Source of the DNA: Bdellovibrionales bacterium
GTDB taxonomy: Bacteria > Bdellovibrionota > Bdellovibrionia > Bdellovibrionales > UBA840
Assembly (NCBI GenBank): GCA_037969075.1
Contig: JBBKWS010000006.1
Location: 1 to 36,659 of the forward strand
Reading direction: 5' to 3'
Length of the DNA stretch: 36,659 nt
Shown here one piece after another: positions 35,872 to 36,659 of the stretch. The notes below the pieces were generated by a model, which was not told where the DNA came from, searched no databases, and saw only the letters and a list, made by a program, of their open reading frames with translations. Position 1 is the first letter of the stretch; each line of letters opens with the position of its first letter. The position numbers and the translations under genes were made by a program.

Positions 35872-36659
35872 ATGCCAGAACTTCCAGAGGTAGAAACCGT
35901 AAAAAAAGGCCTAATCAAACTAGCTAAAAATGCTAGTATTGCTGACGTTTGGGTTTCTAGTAAAAAACTTAGGTTTCCGGTAAGTGCAAAAAAACTAAAA
36001 TCAGTGGTTGGCCTTCCTATTTTAGGAGTTTCAAGGCGCGCAAAATATTTATTATTTGATTTAGGCGACATAGTTTTGATCAACCATTTAGGAATGACGG
36101 GTACTTGGCGTGAACTAAAAGATGCCTATTTGCACGATCACGTGAAGATCCAATTAAATACAAATAAAGTGATGGTTTATAATGATCCCAGACGGTTTGG
36201 ATTTTTTAGCATTTCTAAAAAGGTTGAAATAGATCAGAATATTTTTTTAAAGCATCTTGGACCAGAGCCATTTGAGGAAGCTTTTACAGCAGATTATTTA
36301 CTTAAAAAATGTTTTCATAAAAAAGCCCCTATTAAAAATTTGATTATGGATCAAAAGGTGGTTGTTGGAGTTGGCAATATCTATGCTAGTGAAGCTTTAT
36401 TTTTGTCTAAGATTCGCCCTACAAGAATGGGTGAAAAACTAAAGCCTATTGAAGCTGAGTTACTGGTAGAAAACATTAAAGTGGTTTTACAAAAAGCCAT
36501 TGTTGCTGGTGGCTCTTACATTCGTGATTTTAAATCCATAGAGGGAGCCGCTAGTTTTCAACACCAATTTAGTGTGTATGATAAAGAGGGTGAGCCATGT
36601 GTTGTTTGCCAAAAGCCCATTCAAAGAATCGTGCAGGCAGGAAGAGCTAGTTTTTTTTG
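35872..36659 (+). CDS. mutM: Formamidopyrimidine-DNA glycosylase (3' truncated; absent from the ORF track)
   Basis: Translation from ATG 35872 gives MPELPEVETV, RRAKYL, HLGMTG, DPRRFG, LGPEP, GVGNIYASEALF and the start of the zinc finger (C-V-V-C). Confidence 0.96.
   Translation, partial: MPELPEVETVKKGLIKLAKNASIADVWVSSKKLRFPVSAKKLKSVVGLPILGVSRRAKYLLFDLGDIVLINHLGMTGTWRELKDAYLHDHVKIQLNTNKVMVYNDPRRFGFFSISKKVEIDQNIFLKHLGPEPFEEAFTADYLLKKCFHKKAPIKNLIMDQKVVVGVGNIYASEALFLSKIRPTRMGEKLKPIEAELLVENIKVVLQKAIVAGGSYIRDFKSIEGAASFQHQFSVYDKEGEPCVVCQKPIQRIVQAGRASFF

Noticed and set aside
840..36083. Short antisense or alternate-frame ORFs in the track (e.g. 19611-19916, 29283-29663, 31439-31717, 32993-33328, 35865-36083)
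   Set aside because: They lie inside well-supported genes and have no recognisable motifs, so they are shadow ORFs. 35865-36083 is antisense to mutM.
1..36659. CRISPR arrays, tRNA/rRNA, IS/integrase/prophage genes, riboswitches
   Set aside because: I saw no regularly spaced repeats, cloverleaf-like sequence or transposase/integrase motifs, and all intergenic gaps are under about 300 bp. An Infernal or tRNAscan run would be needed to exclude small RNAs formally.

Overview
An AT-rich, densely coding bacterial chromosomal window with about 33 CDS. I recognised no rRNA, tRNA, CRISPR array or mobile element. The gene content is consistent with a predatory Bdellovibrionota-like organism (inference): many secreted proteases and orphan lipoproteins, a YQNC-type lipobox, an orphan REC-TPR regulator, a PilZ fusion and hybrid malic enzyme MaeB. 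Housekeeping genes are a partial AmpG-like MFS transporter, Pif1-family helicase, LOG, lgt, ctaA, hflX, maeB, a fadI/fadJ-like pair, a SIS-domain protein and partial mutM. These are interspersed with accessory envelope and secreted-protein genes. The most notable observations are: (i) a signal peptide-subtilase-GlyGly/TM-PilZ fusion preceded by a sigma28-like promoter; (ii) a four-gene overlapping operon (two Cys-rich exported proteins, an ATP-grasp ligase and an exported orphan) behind a consensus sigma28 promoter placed for leaderless translation; (iii) a recurring -10/N6/ATG leaderless architecture; (iv) a possible toxin/partner pair; (v) an outer-membrane barrel plus two-lipoprotein operon; (vi) a probable 45-aa membrane peptide. 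All product calls come from motif reading only; no searches were run.
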